Source of the DNA: an uncultured delta proteobacterium
Lineage (GTDB): Bacteria > Desulfobacterota > Binatia > DP-6
Assembly: GCA_963815115.1 (NCBI GenBank)
Contig: CAWFFN010000012.1
Span: 224,001-288,000 of the forward strand
Direction of reading: 5' to 3'
Length of the DNA stretch: 64,000 bases
A model generated the notes under the pieces. The model searched no databases and was not told where the DNA came from. It saw only the letters and a list, made by a program, of their open reading frames with translations. Below are positions 29,505-43,569 of the stretch, piece by piece. Both the position numbers and the translations under genes were made by a program. Within the stretch, counting starts at the first letter, position 1. The number at the start of each line of letters is the position of its first letter.

Positions 29505-29615
29505 GGCGGCGCGCTGGCGCCGCTTCTCCTTCGCCTGCTCGTGGTGGCGCTCCTTGACCCGCTCGCGGCGACGCTTGCGGCGGCGCCTCAGCTCACGCTG
29601 GCGTTCCGTACCCAT
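29493..29615 (-). CDS. 40-aa highly basic peptide (DUF6800-like)
   Basis: MGTERQRELRRRRKRRRERVKERHHEQAKEKRRQRAAKKT*; TTGCCG-N18-TAGAGA promoter-like element just upstream; absent from the ORF track. Confidence 0.65.
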   Translation of the reverse strand: MGTERQRELRRRRKRRRERVKERHHEQAKEKRRQRAAKKT

Positions 29616-29710
29616 GCGCGGGCGTCTCTACACCGCCCGGCCGCCGCCCGGCAAGCACGACGCTGGCGTTGCAGCGGCGCGGCAGGCTAGGCTCGTGCGC
29701 GAGGGCGCGC

Positions 29711-32269
<2,559 letters not shown>

Positions 32270-32279
32270 AGGGCCGCGC

Positions 32280-33686
<1,407 letters not shown>

Positions 33687-35020
33687 AGCCGCGCGGCCGG
33701 CCCACGATCAGGCTGGTGGTGTTGCCTCCGAAGCCGTGCGTGGTGATGAGCGCCGTGTGCAGCGGCGCGCGCCGCTCGGTGTGACGGACGACGTCGAGCC
33801 GGCACTCGGCGTCGGGCTGGTCGCAGTTCGTGGTGGGTGCAACCACACCGTCGCGCAGCGCGAGCAGCGCGGCGGTCGTCTGCAGGACGCCGGCCGCCGC
33901 CAGCGCGTGGCCGAGCGCGCCCTTGATGGACGTGACGGCGGGACGGCGGGCGCAACCGTCGAAGAGCGCGCTCAGCGCGCGCATCTCGGCGAGGTCCGTC
34001 ATCGGAGCGCCCGGGGCATGCGCGCTGACGTGGTCGACGTCGGCGGCAGTCCGGCCCGCGTCGTCGAGCGCCGCGGCCGCCGCCAGCAGGAAGCCGCGAC
34101 CCGAGGGATCCGTCTCGCCGACGTACGTCGGCCGATCCCGTCCGCAGCCGAACCCGAGCAGCTCGCCGTAGACGTTCGCGCCGCGCCGGACCGCCTGCTC
34201 GTATTCCTCGATGACGAGCATCGCCGACGCCTCGCCCAGCACGAGGCCGGCGCGATCGCGGTCGAACGGCCGTGAGGCGCTCCAGGGGCGCTCGTTGTCG
34301 TGCGCCAGGACGCCCGAGCGCGCGAAGCCGGCGAAGAGGAGAGGGGTGATGGGCGCGTCGGCGCCGCCTACCAGCGCGACGTCGAGCTCGCCGGCGCGAA
34401 TCTGCCTCGCCGCCGCGACGACGGCATCCGCTCCGGCCGGACACTCGGAGCTGAGCGTGACGATCGGCCCGGTGATGCCGAAGTCGCTCGCGGCCATGGC
34501 CGAGGCCGAGTGGGGCGAGGCGACGAACGGGAAGGTACGCGGCACGCTGCCGGGACCGTGCTGGCGGAAGAGCGCGCCGTGGTCCTCCTCGACCTGCGCG
34601 GCGCCAGCCGAGGTTCCCAGGAAGAATCCGGCACGCGGCGAGGCGAGCGAATCGCTGCCGAGGCGCGCGTCGTCCACCGCCAGCCGGGAGGCGGCGATGG
34701 TGAGCTGACAGAATCGGCCAGCGGTGCGGGCCTTCAGGGCGGTCATGAACCGGCGCGGCCGGAACTCGGGGATCTGGGCTGCGATGCGAACGGGATACTC
34801 GCGCACGTCGAAGCGGCTGACCGGACGGACGGCGGACTCGCCGCGGCGGAGCATGGTCCACAATGCGTCCGCGCCGATTCCGGACGGTGCCACCACGCCC
34901 AGACCCGTGACCACGACTCGCCGCCTGCTGATTCGCTCGCTTGCTGGCGTTCTGTTAGCTAGCGAGCGCCTAGCTAGCCAGCGCTCCTGTAAGCTTGGAT
35001 CCATCTTGCGTCCTGCGCCG

Positions 35021-35036
35021 TGCAAGGGCTGTGCCC
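35021..35036 (-). promoter_or_regulatory. Sigma54 -24/-12 promoter of the ketosynthase
   Basis: Minus strand GGGCAC-AGCCC-TTGCA. Confidence 0.75.
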
Positions 35037-35076
35037 TGGGGACGACCCAGCGATGGCGGCAATGGCGCGTGCTGGC

Positions 35077-35220
35077 TGGGAACCGGGGTTCCTCCAGGCG
35101 CGCCGCCGTGCGCCCGGGTGTTCTCAGATCGCAAGGCCGGCGACTTGCTCGCCTGGCGGCGGGCGCCGGGGGTGGGAACCGCCGTGCACGGTGGGAGGAA
35201 CCTGGGAACCACGGTTCCCA
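35077..35220. promoter_or_regulatory. Three TGGGAACC-N2-GGTTCCCA-type boxes (putative enhancer)
   Basis: 35203-35220 TGGGAACCACGGTTCCCA (8-bp perfect arms); 35077-35094 TGGGAACCGGGGTTCCTC; 35173-35190 TGGGAACCGCCGTGCACG. Confidence 0.65.
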
Positions 35221-35316
35221 TGTGGGGCCGAATGAAGCCCGAATCCTCCATCCCCCGGACCCCGTCGGGGACGGCACGGCCGTTGCTGAAATCGACCGTC
35301 AGGACAGCGCCCGTCG

Positions 35317-35390
35317 CGAAGCCTGTCCGGGAAGACAAAACGAGCCGCCCCCGGCCCGTTCCCTCCCCGGATTTTCCCGGACAGGCTTCG
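35317..35390. repeat. 74-bp element with perfect 17-bp terminal inverted repeats (MITE-like or terminator)
   Basis: CGAAGCCTGTCCGGGAA ... TTCCCGGACAGGCTTCG. Confidence 0.6.
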
Positions 35391-35427
35391 GGGCGGGTGC
35401 GCCGGCGGACGGGGCTCACGCCCTGAG

Positions 35428-36231
35428 CTACGATGGGTGAGGCGCCTCCGCCTGGCAGCACTCGCGGCGGGGGGCGCGGGCGACGCCGATGCGACCGTCC
35501 TCGGCCTGCACCGCGACCAGCACGTCGGCGCAGCGCCAGTGGATCTGGACGTTGTAGCGGCGTTCCCCGCGCTGGCGGACGTCGCCGGTGGTGCCGCCCT
35601 CGTGCTGGCGCAGCGTGGGGCAGTCGATGCTCTCGAGCACCTGGCGCGCCACCTCGGACGCGTCCGCCGAGAACGTCGCCAGGTCGAGCCGGCGCCACTC
35701 GAAGAAGAGCCACACGCAGCTCACCATGACCCCCAGGGGAACCGCCGTGAGCAACCTACCGAGCACGGGGCGACGATCGCGCAGCGACCACCACGAGGAC
35801 CGTGTCAGCTCGAAGGCGCTGAAGGTGTTGAACAGTCCCCGGCCCAGGAAGACGAAGGCGTACAGCCCGAGGCGCGAGTTCGGCCCCCAGTCGAGACGTT
35901 CGCTCCAGTCGAAGAGCTGGTAGACGTAGCGGGCGGGCGTCACGTGGATCCAGTCCGGCCCGATCGTCTTGAAGGTGGCGACGAGGAGCAGGCCGGACAG
36001 CGCCTTCGCGACGGCGATCCAGGGCACCGCAGGCGTGTCGCGCACGAAAGCCCAGAGAAACCACGCCTGCAGCGCGACGTACCCGAGCACGAAGAGGAGC
36101 GAGTCGTGATGCTCGAGGCGGTAGGCGGGGATGAGCAGCAGCGATCCCAGCACCGCCAGCGCGCTCAGCAGCGTCACTGCCGTGCCGAGGGCGTTCAGGA
36201 CGAGCAGCGCGCGACGCATCGGGCGCGTCAT
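35428..36231 (-). CDS. Hypothetical multi-pass membrane protein with Cys-containing C-terminal domain
   Basis: About 5 TM segments; start 36231 or 36219. Confidence 0.65.
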   Translation of the reverse strand: MTRPMRRALLVLNALGTAVTLLSALAVLGSLLLIPAYRLEHHDSLLFVLGYVALQAWFLWAFVRDTPAVPWIAVAKALSGLLLVATFKTIGPDWIHVTPARYVYQLFDWSERLDWGPNSRLGLYAFVFLGRGLFNTFSAFELTRSSWWSLRDRRPVLGRLLTAVPLGVMVSCVWLFFEWRRLDLATFSADASEVARQVLESIDCPTLRQHEGGTTGDVRQRGERRYNVQIHWRCADVLVAVQAEDGRIGVARAPRRECCQAEAPHPS

Positions 36232-36337
36232 AGCGGGTCGCCTGCGGGCGCGCGACCGCCGCCTCGCGTGCCTTGACAATGCTTCCGCGGGTGGGGCAAA
36301 CCCTGTCGGTTTCCCATTTCCAAAGGAGGCATCTCGC

Positions 36338-37279
36338 ATGCTGCTCGACGGCAAGGTTGCAATCGTCACCGGCGCTGGCCGGGGCATCGGTAAGGAAGAA
36401 GCGTTGCTCATGGCCAAGCTGGGCGCCAAGGTCGTGGTGAACGACCTGGGGGCGCACTTCGACGGCACGGGAGCTCCCACCGGCACGCCCGCTCAGGAGG
36501 TCGTCGCCGAGATCAAGAAGATGGGCGGCGACGCCATCGCGAACGGCGACAACGTGGCCGACTTCAAGGCGGCGAAGAACATCGTCGACACCGCGCTGAA
36601 GACCTTCGGCAAGCTGAACATCGTGGTGAACAACGCCGGCATCCTGCGCGACCGCATGATCTTCAACATGGACGAGGAGAGCTGGGACGCGGTCGTGGCC
36701 GTGCACCTGAAGGGCACCTTCAACATGGCACGCCACGCCTGCGAGTACTGGCGCGAGCAGCACAAGAACGGCACCCAGCTGAACGGCCGCATCATCAACA
36801 CGGCGTCGGACGCAGGGCTGATCGGCAACGTCGGGCAGTCGAACTACGGCGCCTGCAAGGCGGCGGTCGCCGCCATGGCCATCATCATCGGCCAGGAGAT
36901 GAAGAAGTACGGCGTGACCGCGAACGCCATCGCGCCGGTGGCCCGGACGCGCCTCACGGTCGACGCCACGCCCAGCACCGCCGCGCTCATGGGCGGCGAG
37001 GTCGCGGCGGGCGAGTTCGACATGTTCAACCCGGCCAACATCGCGCCGCTGGTGGCGTGGCTGGCGAGCGACGACGCCGCGGGCTGCAACGGTCAGGTGT
37101 TCCGCGTCGGCGGCCGCAGCGTGTGGCCGATGAAGGGCTGGCACTCCGCGGCCCGCCTGAAGAACGAGAAGCCCGCGGCCTGGGACGCCGCCGCGCTGGG
37201 GACGGCGATCAAGGCCGAGCTCGCCAAGGGCATCACCAAGGGCGAGAACATGGGCGACGTGTTCGCCGGGGGTCTCTGA
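36338..37279 (+). CDS. Short-chain dehydrogenase/reductase (MFE-2/3-oxoacyl reductase-like)
   Basis: AAGGAGG RBS; TGAGRGIG, VVVND, NNAGILRD, VHLKG, GQSNYGACK. Confidence 0.93.
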   Translation: MLLDGKVAIVTGAGRGIGKEEALLMAKLGAKVVVNDLGAHFDGTGAPTGTPAQEVVAEIKKMGGDAIANGDNVADFKAAKNIVDTALKTFGKLNIVVNNAGILRDRMIFNMDEESWDAVVAVHLKGTFNMARHACEYWREQHKNGTQLNGRIINTASDAGLIGNVGQSNYGACKAAVAAMAIIIGQEMKKYGVTANAIAPVARTRLTVDATPSTAALMGGEVAAGEFDMFNPANIAPLVAWLASDDAAGCNGQVFRVGGRSVWPMKGWHSAARLKNEKPAAWDAAALGTAIKAELAKGITKGENMGDVFAGGL

Positions 37280-37280
37280 G

Positions 37281-37778
37281 GTGAGTTCCATGCCCGCCGT
37301 CGCCGCCCCGCGGCGGGTCCTCTTCGTCTGCCACGCCAACACGAGCCGCAGCATCATCGCCGAGGCGGTGCTGCTGCGGCTCCTGCGCGAGCGGGGCCTG
37401 GAGCGGGACGTGACCGTGAGCTCGGGGGGCATCGCGCCCTTCGCGCGCGACGGCAGCCTGGTATCGCTCGACGCCAAGTTCGTGCTCCAGGAGATCGGCA
37501 TCCCCGAGCCCCCCAAGCCCGGCGCGACCGACCTGAAGCGCAATCGCCATCTGCTCGGCGAGGCCGATCTCATCCTGGTGATGACGGAGGAGCAGCGCCG
37601 CATGCTGGCGGGCTTCGAGGAAGCGGCCGGCAAGCGGGTGCTCACGCTGCGCGAGCTGGCCGGGGAGCGCGGCGACATCGATGATCCGGCCATGAAGGAC
37701 GAGGATGTCTTCCGGCGCTGCCGGGACGAGATCGTGGAATGCCTGGAACGTGGCCTTCCGCGCTTGCTCGAGGAGTAG
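37281..37778 (+). CDS. Low molecular weight phosphatase / ArsC-like protein
   Basis: VLFVCHANTSRS P-loop (CX5R), ADLILVM, DIDDP. Confidence 0.85.
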   Translation: MSSMPAVAAPRRVLFVCHANTSRSIIAEAVLLRLLRERGLERDVTVSSGGIAPFARDGSLVSLDAKFVLQEIGIPEPPKPGATDLKRNRHLLGEADLILVMTEEQRRMLAGFEEAAGKRVLTLRELAGERGDIDDPAMKDEDVFRRCRDEIVECLERGLPRLLEE

Positions 37779-37781
37779 CAG

Positions 37782-38165
37782 ATGGTGCTCGGCCTCTGGA
37801 AGAAGGCGCCCAAGCTCGAAGCCCACTTCACGCCGTCGCTGGCGGTGGCGCGCGAGCTGAAGAAGGAGGTCGAGGTCGCCGGCGAGCTCGTTCTTCGCAA
37901 CGCGGGCGGCGCGACCGAGGTGAGCGACCTCGAGACGGTGCTCGTGGCCGGCGGCACCCGGCGCATCGATCTCGAGCTGCCCGCCGCGTGGCGCGGCGCG
38001 CAGCACCTCGCGGCCGGCGCGGAGCTGCGCGTGAGCGTGGACTGGAAGGTGGCGCTGGCCGCGCCGATGCGCGCGCCGGCGGCGGAGATCCAGGTGAACA
38101 CGACGGCGGGCGGCAAGCGCACGCCGCTCTGTCTCAGCAACAAGTTCCCGCTCGCGAACGAGTAG
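37782..38165 (+). CDS. Hypothetical protein (beta-rich)
   Basis: 127-aa ORF 3 nt after the phosphatase, host-like codon usage. Confidence 0.65.
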   Translation: MVLGLWKKAPKLEAHFTPSLAVARELKKEVEVAGELVLRNAGGATEVSDLETVLVAGGTRRIDLELPAAWRGAQHLAAGAELRVSVDWKVALAAPMRAPAAEIQVNTTAGGKRTPLCLSNKFPLANE

Positions 38166-38171
38166 GCGGGA

Positions 38172-38206
38172 GAGACCCACCCGAGACTCCGTCTCGGGTC
38201 GGTCTC
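38172..38206. repeat. REP-like palindrome copy 3, extended hairpin between convergent genes
   Basis: GAGACC-CACCCGAGAC-TCC-GTCTCGGGTC-GGTCTC. Confidence 0.8.
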
Positions 38207-38650
38207 CTATCCCGACGCCGGCGTCTCGATCACGGTGACGCGGTAGTCGGCGAACGGCGGCGTCTCCTCGTCGAGGAAGCTGCCGCGAAAGCGTTCCTCG
38301 GCTCCCGCCGCCAGCGGCTTCACCTTGCCGCTCTGGAGCGCGTCCTCCTGCTTCACGTCCGGGACCGCCAGGATCTCCGCGCTCTCGTTGTAGGTGTCGG
38401 TGGACGCCACGGGCTTGCCGTGCTCGTCGAGCGCCTCGATGCGGAGCTTCACCCAGCGCAGCGGATGGCCGCTGGTGTTCCGGAGCCGGCCGACCACGTT
38501 GTAGAACTTCGCGCCGTATCCCGACTCCCACTTGCCGTGGTGCTCGAGCACCACGGCGTCGGAGCCGCCGCCGCGCGCGCACGCTCCCGCCCACAGGGCG
38601 AGCGCGAGGACTGGCGCGATCGCGGTACCGAGTGCGCGCGGCGGCGCCAC
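38207..38650 (-). CDS. Lipoprotein with FxLYD-like Ig domain
   Basis: Lipobox-like AGAC; VVGRLRNTSG...VKLRIEALDEHGKPV; PLAAGAEERF. Confidence 0.7.
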   Translation of the reverse strand: MAPPRALGTAIAPVLALALWAGACARGGGSDAVVLEHHGKWESGYGAKFYNVVGRLRNTSGHPLRWVKLRIEALDEHGKPVASTDTYNESAEILAVPDVKQEDALQSGKVKPLAAGAEERFRGSFLDEETPPFADYRVTVIETPASG

Positions 38651-38654
38651 CGCG

Positions 38655-39955
38655 TCAATCGGTCATGTGGGTCAGCGTGCGCAGCGAGAAGTAGTTCGGA
38701 TCCCAGTTCCGCTCGATGAACGAGGACTGGTAGCGGCCGCCCAGGGCAGCGCGGTTGGTCTTGTCGTTCACGCCGATCACGAAGTTGGGGTAGACCGCGG
38801 AGTAGGTCTCTCCGTCCTTGACGAAGTGGTAGCCGCAAGCGGCGGTGTAGAAGTACTCGCCGGCGCGGTTGTGCACCAGCTTCCAGTAGATGCGATAGAG
38901 ATCCTTGTCGAAGTACATGATCACCTTCCCGAAGTTGTAGTACGGGTCGGTCGACTGCCCCTCGACGATCCACACCTGTCGCGGCACGAAGACGACGTTG
39001 TCCTGCAGCCACCACGGGGCCCCCTTGCTGCCGGGCTTCTCGTACGTGGCCTGCTCGTACGGCGTCTCGACGGTGTAGCGCGACTTCGAGTCCGGCGAGG
39101 GCTTCATCGGGAAGGGATATGGCTGGACCACCGGGGCGAGGATGTTGCCCTCGCCGACCAGCTTCCACTGGTAGTACTCGACCTTCCCGGCGTAGCAGTT
39201 GAGGTCGTCGGCGAAGATGTCGAGCCCGGCGACGGGATCGGAGCGCGAGGCGGCGTTGATGCGGCGGGCGCGGCGCGTGCTCGGTACGTAGGCCCAGATG
39301 GCGTCCTGGCTGTCCCAGTCCCAGTACCGCTTCGTCAGGGTGGACACGCCCTCGACGTCCTGCGGCTCGATGGCGCCGCCGATGCCCTGCCCGGCGAGGT
39401 TGTCGGGATTGCTCTCGATCTTTCCGTCGCTGCGGCCCTGGTAGCCCATGGCATGGATGAACGCCTTCACGCGCCGGAATTCGCCGTTCGAGTCGACGCC
39501 GTTCAGCGTGAACGTGGCGCCTCCGCCGCCGCCCTGGGCGCCGGCGAAGTTGAAGTTCTGCGCGATCTTGCACGCCGCCAGCGGATCGCTCTTGTCGATC
39601 TTCGCGAACGGCAGGCCGTAGACGAAGTCGGGATCTTCCCCGTGGCCTTGTCCTTCAGCCCGCAATTCTTCGGCTCGATGTCGTACTTGCCCTCGTTGGC
39701 CGCCGTCGCGTCCCAGAACTTCTTCGAGTAGTTGTCCTTGAACTTGGCGGGATCCACCGGCACGACCTTGAACCAGTACTGCCCGTCCTTCAGGCGCTTC
39801 AGCACGGGGTCGGGCAGCAGGTCTTTCCCCTCTTGCCAGTTGTTGGCATCGAGCACCCACGGCTGATCGTCGCTCGCCGCATGCGCAGCCGGTAGCGCGG
39901 CCAGGCAGACCGTGGCGGCCAGGGCCAGCGCCGGGATGCGGAACGTGTTCGTCAT
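38655..39955 (-). CDS. DUF1329 family periplasmic (LolA-like) protein, frameshifted at about 39630
   Basis: GAGGAGG RBS, signal peptide, LDANNWQ; GLPF, WAYVPSTRRARR, RSDP, PYYNFGKVIMYFDKD; adding one C to a CCC run restores KIPDFVYG. Confidence 0.82.
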
Positions 39956-40011
39956 GAGACCTCCTCGAACTCTGGGAAGCATACCTGATTCGCCCCGGCG
40001 CCGTCTTCTTG

Positions 40012-40545
40012 TCAAGGTGTTGCCGTGGCTCCTCGAGCCGAACGGAGCTTGTCGAGTTCCCAACGGAGCAGCGAGCCGATGAGCAGCACGTCGGCCGCTC
40101 CGAACCGCCGCGCATAGACCCCGGTCCAGGCCGGGTTCCGGTTGCCGATGTCTAGGGCAAGCAGCTCGCGGCCCGTGTCATCCAGCACTCGCAGACGCTC
40201 CGGAGCCGGCGCGAGGCCGTACTCTGCGAGGTCGCCGTCGTTCACTGCGGCAACGGGGCGAGGGTGCAGCGACGCGAGCGCGTCGAGCGCAGCCTCGACG
40301 ACGTCGGTGGGCCACCGTTGACCCGCCGCGTCGACCCAACCAGCCGGGGTGCGCACGAGTGTGAGACGGTCCGCGCCGCGCTCCCATTCGACGCGCGCCA
40401 CCTTCGCGATCTCGGTATCGAGCAGCGGTGAGCCCTCGGGCAGCGGAGGCGGCGCGCTCGGGACCAGCGGACCTCCCGCGAGGAACGTGAAGGTGGCCAG
40501 GGCCGTTGCGATGAGCACGAGGACGGCCGTGCCGCGGACGGTCAC
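40012..40545 (-). CDS. DUF4340 domain membrane-anchored protein
   Basis: N-terminal TM; DLAEYGLAP, IGNRNP..TGVYAR; GTG overlaps the upstream stop. Confidence 0.7.
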   Translation of the reverse strand: MTVRGTAVLVLIATALATFTFLAGGPLVPSAPPPLPEGSPLLDTEIAKVARVEWERGADRLTLVRTPAGWVDAAGQRWPTDVVEAALDALASLHPRPVAAVNDGDLAEYGLAPAPERLRVLDDTGRELLALDIGNRNPAWTGVYARRFGAADVLLIGSLLRWELDKLRSARGATATP

Positions 40546-41885
40546 GCGGTCCGTCTCCGGCGCAACGCAACGACGACCGCACCTGCCGCGAACAGCGCGG
40601 CGGGCAGCACGCATGCCGCCCAGAACACGGCCCGTGCCTCGCGCGCCGTGAGCACGAGTGTGGAGAACGGTCCGGAGTTTCTGGGCTGCCGGCGGGCCGC
40701 GGTCATGGCGTCCTGCGCGCGCGCGGCCAGCTCCGCCGCCACCAGCAGGAGGTCGCGATTGCCGAGCACGCCGAGATGAAGGTTGCTGATGAAGCCGGCG
40801 TCGCCGATCACCACCAGCCGTCCCTCGCGTCCTTCGGACCCGGGCACGCGTGCGATCGCGCCGACGGGCAGTGGCCCGCTCCGATCCGTCCCGGCGCGGA
40901 AGGAGCGCGACGATCCGGCGGGGCGACCACCGGTGTCGGCCCACGTCGTCTCGTCGGTCACCGCCAGGTACTCGGCATCGACGCCGGGGCGCTCCTCGAG
41001 ACGGATCGACTGGGCCAGCGGCAGCAGCGCGCTCGACGCGGGGGGGTCGGGCACGAGCTTCGGGTTCCAGTGCGCGATGCGTGCGGACAGGCCGTCGGCG
41101 CCGAAGAGGCGAGCGCCCTCGTCGACCACCACGTCGCGCTCCAGGATCATGCCGAAGCGCTCGAGCAGGCCCGCCACCGACTTCGGCGTCCCGGTATCCA
41201 CTAGGGCGAGCAGGCGGCCGCCGCCGCGCACGTAGGCGTCGAGCGCGTCCACCTCCGCCGGCGCCAGCTCGTGGGTCGGCCCGGCGAGCACGACCAGCCC
41301 CGCCTCGTCGGGGATGCGGGCGGCACCGGTCAGCACGCGGACGTCGAAGCCGTCGCCGGCGAGCGCCGCCGCGGCGTCGGCGGCCCCGGCACGGCCGTCG
41401 CCGTCGTGCACGTCCGGCTCACCGTGGCCCTGCACGACGTAGGCGATCGCCGTCTTCCGTCCCGCCACCGTCAGGAGCGCCTCGGTGACCGTGTCCTCGT
41501 TCACCGGGTCGACGCGCTCTCGCCGGTCTCCCGATTCCAGGACCAGCACGTTGTAGTTGCTGACGCCGAGGCGCTCGGCCTCGCCCGGGCTGCGATCGAG
41601 GTCGAGCAGGCGTACGGTGAGCGCGGGCTGCACGTCGCCGTAGAGCGCCAGGAGATCCGCGATCTGCTTGCGGGTGCCCTGGTCCTGGCCGGAGGCGAAG
41701 GCGGTCGCGGTGACCGGGTCACGGAGGCGTGACAGCACCTGACGGGTGTGGGGCGAGAGGGTGAGGCCGCCGTCCGGAGTGAGATCGAAGCGCAGCGGAT
41801 GGCGGCCGGCCAGAACCAGCAGGCTCGCGAGGATGGACGCGACCGCGAGGGCCTGCGCCCCGAGCAACACGAGCGGCCGGATCAA
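40542..41885 (-). CDS. GldG-family ABC transporter auxiliary component
   Basis: RFDLT, TLSPHT, QGHGE, LVVLAGP, GGRLL, GRLVVIGDAGF, GNRDL; N- and C-terminal TM; TTG start overlaps the upstream stop. Confidence 0.85.
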   Translation of the reverse strand: MIRPLVLLGAQALAVASILASLLVLAGRHPLRFDLTPDGGLTLSPHTRQVLSRLRDPVTATAFASGQDQGTRKQIADLLALYGDVQPALTVRLLDLDRSPGEAERLGVSNYNVLVLESGDRRERVDPVNEDTVTEALLTVAGRKTAIAYVVQGHGEPDVHDGDGRAGAADAAAALAGDGFDVRVLTGAARIPDEAGLVVLAGPTHELAPAEVDALDAYVRGGGRLLALVDTGTPKSVAGLLERFGMILERDVVVDEGARLFGADGLSARIAHWNPKLVPDPPASSALLPLAQSIRLEERPGVDAEYLAVTDETTWADTGGRPAGSSRSFRAGTDRSGPLPVGAIARVPGSEGREGRLVVIGDAGFISNLHLGVLGNRDLLLVAAELAARAQDAMTAARRQPRNSGPFSTLVLTAREARAVFWAACVLPAALFAAGAVVVALRRRRTA

Positions 41886-42625
41886 GAGACGCCCCGCCAG
41901 CTCCGCGCCCCCAGCGCACGCAGGCCGAGGAACAGGAAGAGGACGACGAAGGCGAGGAAGTAGGCCACGTCGCGGCTGTCGATGACGCCCTGGGCGAAGC
42001 CGTAGAAGCGGTCGAAGAGCGACAGGGCCACGACCACGGGCGCGAGGCGCTCGCTGAGCGCGGCCTCGTTCCAGGCGAGGTACCACGACAGCACCAGCAC
42101 GCCGTAGGTGAGGAGCGCGCTCACGCCCTGGCTGTCGGTGACCGATGACGCCGCCAGGCCGCAGGCGATGAACGCCGCCCCGAGCAGCACCATGCCGACG
42201 TACCCGGCCACCAGCGGCCCGGGCGGGAAGGGATGCGTCATCGACAGCGTCAGCGGGCCGATGAGCGTCGGCAGCTGCATCAGGGTGTACGCCGCCAGGG
42301 CGGCGAGGAACTTGCCCGCCACCACCTCGCCGTCGCGCACGGGGAAGGTCCACAGCAGCTCCAGCGTGCCCAGCTTCCGCTCCTCGGCGAACAGCCGCAT
42401 GGTGACCAGCGGCACCACCAGCATCGCCACCATGCGGTAGTCGAGGAAGACGTAGCGCCACAGGCCGGTGGCCAGGTTGGCGCCTCCGAAGAGCACGTAG
42501 AAGGTGAGGTCGCTGTAGAAGAAGTAGCCGGTGAGCATCGTGAAGACCGCACCGAGCACCCAGAAGAGCGGGCCGCCGAACATGGAGGCCAGCTCGCGAC
42601 GGGCGATCACGAGCGTCTTCCTCAC
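41882..42625 (-). CDS. GldF-like ABC-2 permease
   Basis: IARREL, PLVTMRLFAEERKLGTLELL, VVAGKF, GLAASSVTDSQ, GVIDSRDVAYF. Confidence 0.9.
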   Translation of the reverse strand: MRKTLVIARRELASMFGGPLFWVLGAVFTMLTGYFFYSDLTFYVLFGGANLATGLWRYVFLDYRMVAMLVVPLVTMRLFAEERKLGTLELLWTFPVRDGEVVAGKFLAALAAYTLMQLPTLIGPLTLSMTHPFPPGPLVAGYVGMVLLGAAFIACGLAASSVTDSQGVSALLTYGVLVLSWYLAWNEAALSERLAPVVVALSLFDRFYGFAQGVIDSRDVAYFLAFVVLFLFLGLRALGARSWRGVS

Positions 42626-43569
42626 GCCGCGTCCTCGGGCGCGGTCACCAGCGCCAGGAAGGCGTCCTCGAGCGAGGTTTCCATCGGCGCGAGGCCGTGG
42701 AGCGGCCATCCCGCTTGCGCCACCGCCGCGGCCAGGGCCGCGCGCAGATCCGCGCCGCGCTCGGTCTCGACGCGACAGCGCGCGTGTCCGCCCGCGGCGG
42801 GAAGCCGCTCGACGCTCCGCACGCCGGGTACGGCGGCGAGCGTGGTCTCGAGGGCATCGCCGGGTGCGCCGGCCTCGACCTCGACGGCCACGCCGGGACG
42901 GAGCCGACCGGCCAGATCGGCAGGCGTGCCCTCGGCGAGCACGCCGCCGTGGTGCAGGACGATCACCCGGTCGCACAGGCTCTCCACGTCGATCAGCACG
43001 TGGCTGGAGACGAAGACGGCATGGTCGCTCCCCAGCCTGCGGATCAGCTGCCGCATCTCCGCGCTCTGGCCCGGGTCCATGCCGGCGATCGGCTCGTCGA
43101 GCAGCAGCGCCGGCGGGTCGCCCACCAGCGCGATGGCGAGTCCGACGCGCTGCCGGGTGCCGCGCGACAGGATGCCGATGCGCCGGTCGGCCAGCGACTC
43201 GAGCCCGGTGCGCGCGAGCGCGTCGGCGATCGCCGCCGTCCGTGCGCCGCCCGCCGGCACGTCGCGCAGCGCGGCCGCGTAGCCGAGCTCGGCGCGCACC
43301 GTCATCTCGCCGTGGAGCGCGGGGTGCTCGGGGGCGTAGCCGATGCGCCGCCGCGCCTCGAGCGGCGCCGTCGCGAGGTCGAGGCCGTCGACCAGCGCCT
43401 GGCCCGAAGAGGGCGGGAAGACGCCCGCCAGGATGCGGAGCGTGGTCGTCTTGCCGGCGCCGTTCGGTCCCAGGAACCCCACCACTTCTCCGCGCCCGAC
43501 CCGAAGCGAGACGTTCCGGATGGCCGTGCGGCGGCCGAAGCGTTTTGCGAGGTTCCTGGCCTCGATCAC
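42622..43569 (-). CDS. GldA-like ABC ATP-binding protein
   Basis: GPNGAGKTT, LSRGTRQRVG, LLLDEP, SSH. Confidence 0.92.
   Translation of the reverse strand: MIEARNLAKRFGRRTAIRNVSLRVGRGEVVGFLGPNGAGKTTTLRILAGVFPPSSGQALVDGLDLATAPLEARRRIGYAPEHPALHGEMTVRAELGYAAALRDVPAGGARTAAIADALARTGLESLADRRIGILSRGTRQRVGLAIALVGDPPALLLDEPIAGMDPGQSAEMRQLIRRLGSDHAVFVSSHVLIDVESLCDRVIVLHHGGVLAEGTPADLAGRLRPGVAVEVEAGAPGDALETTLAAVPGVRSVERLPAAGGHARCRVETERGADLRAALAAAVAQAGWPLHGLAPMETSLEDAFLALVTAPEDAA

Noticed and set aside
40542-43569. GldAFG as gliding motility machinery
   Set aside because: No GldK-N/SprA type genes in the window; homologs are widespread in non-gliding bacteria
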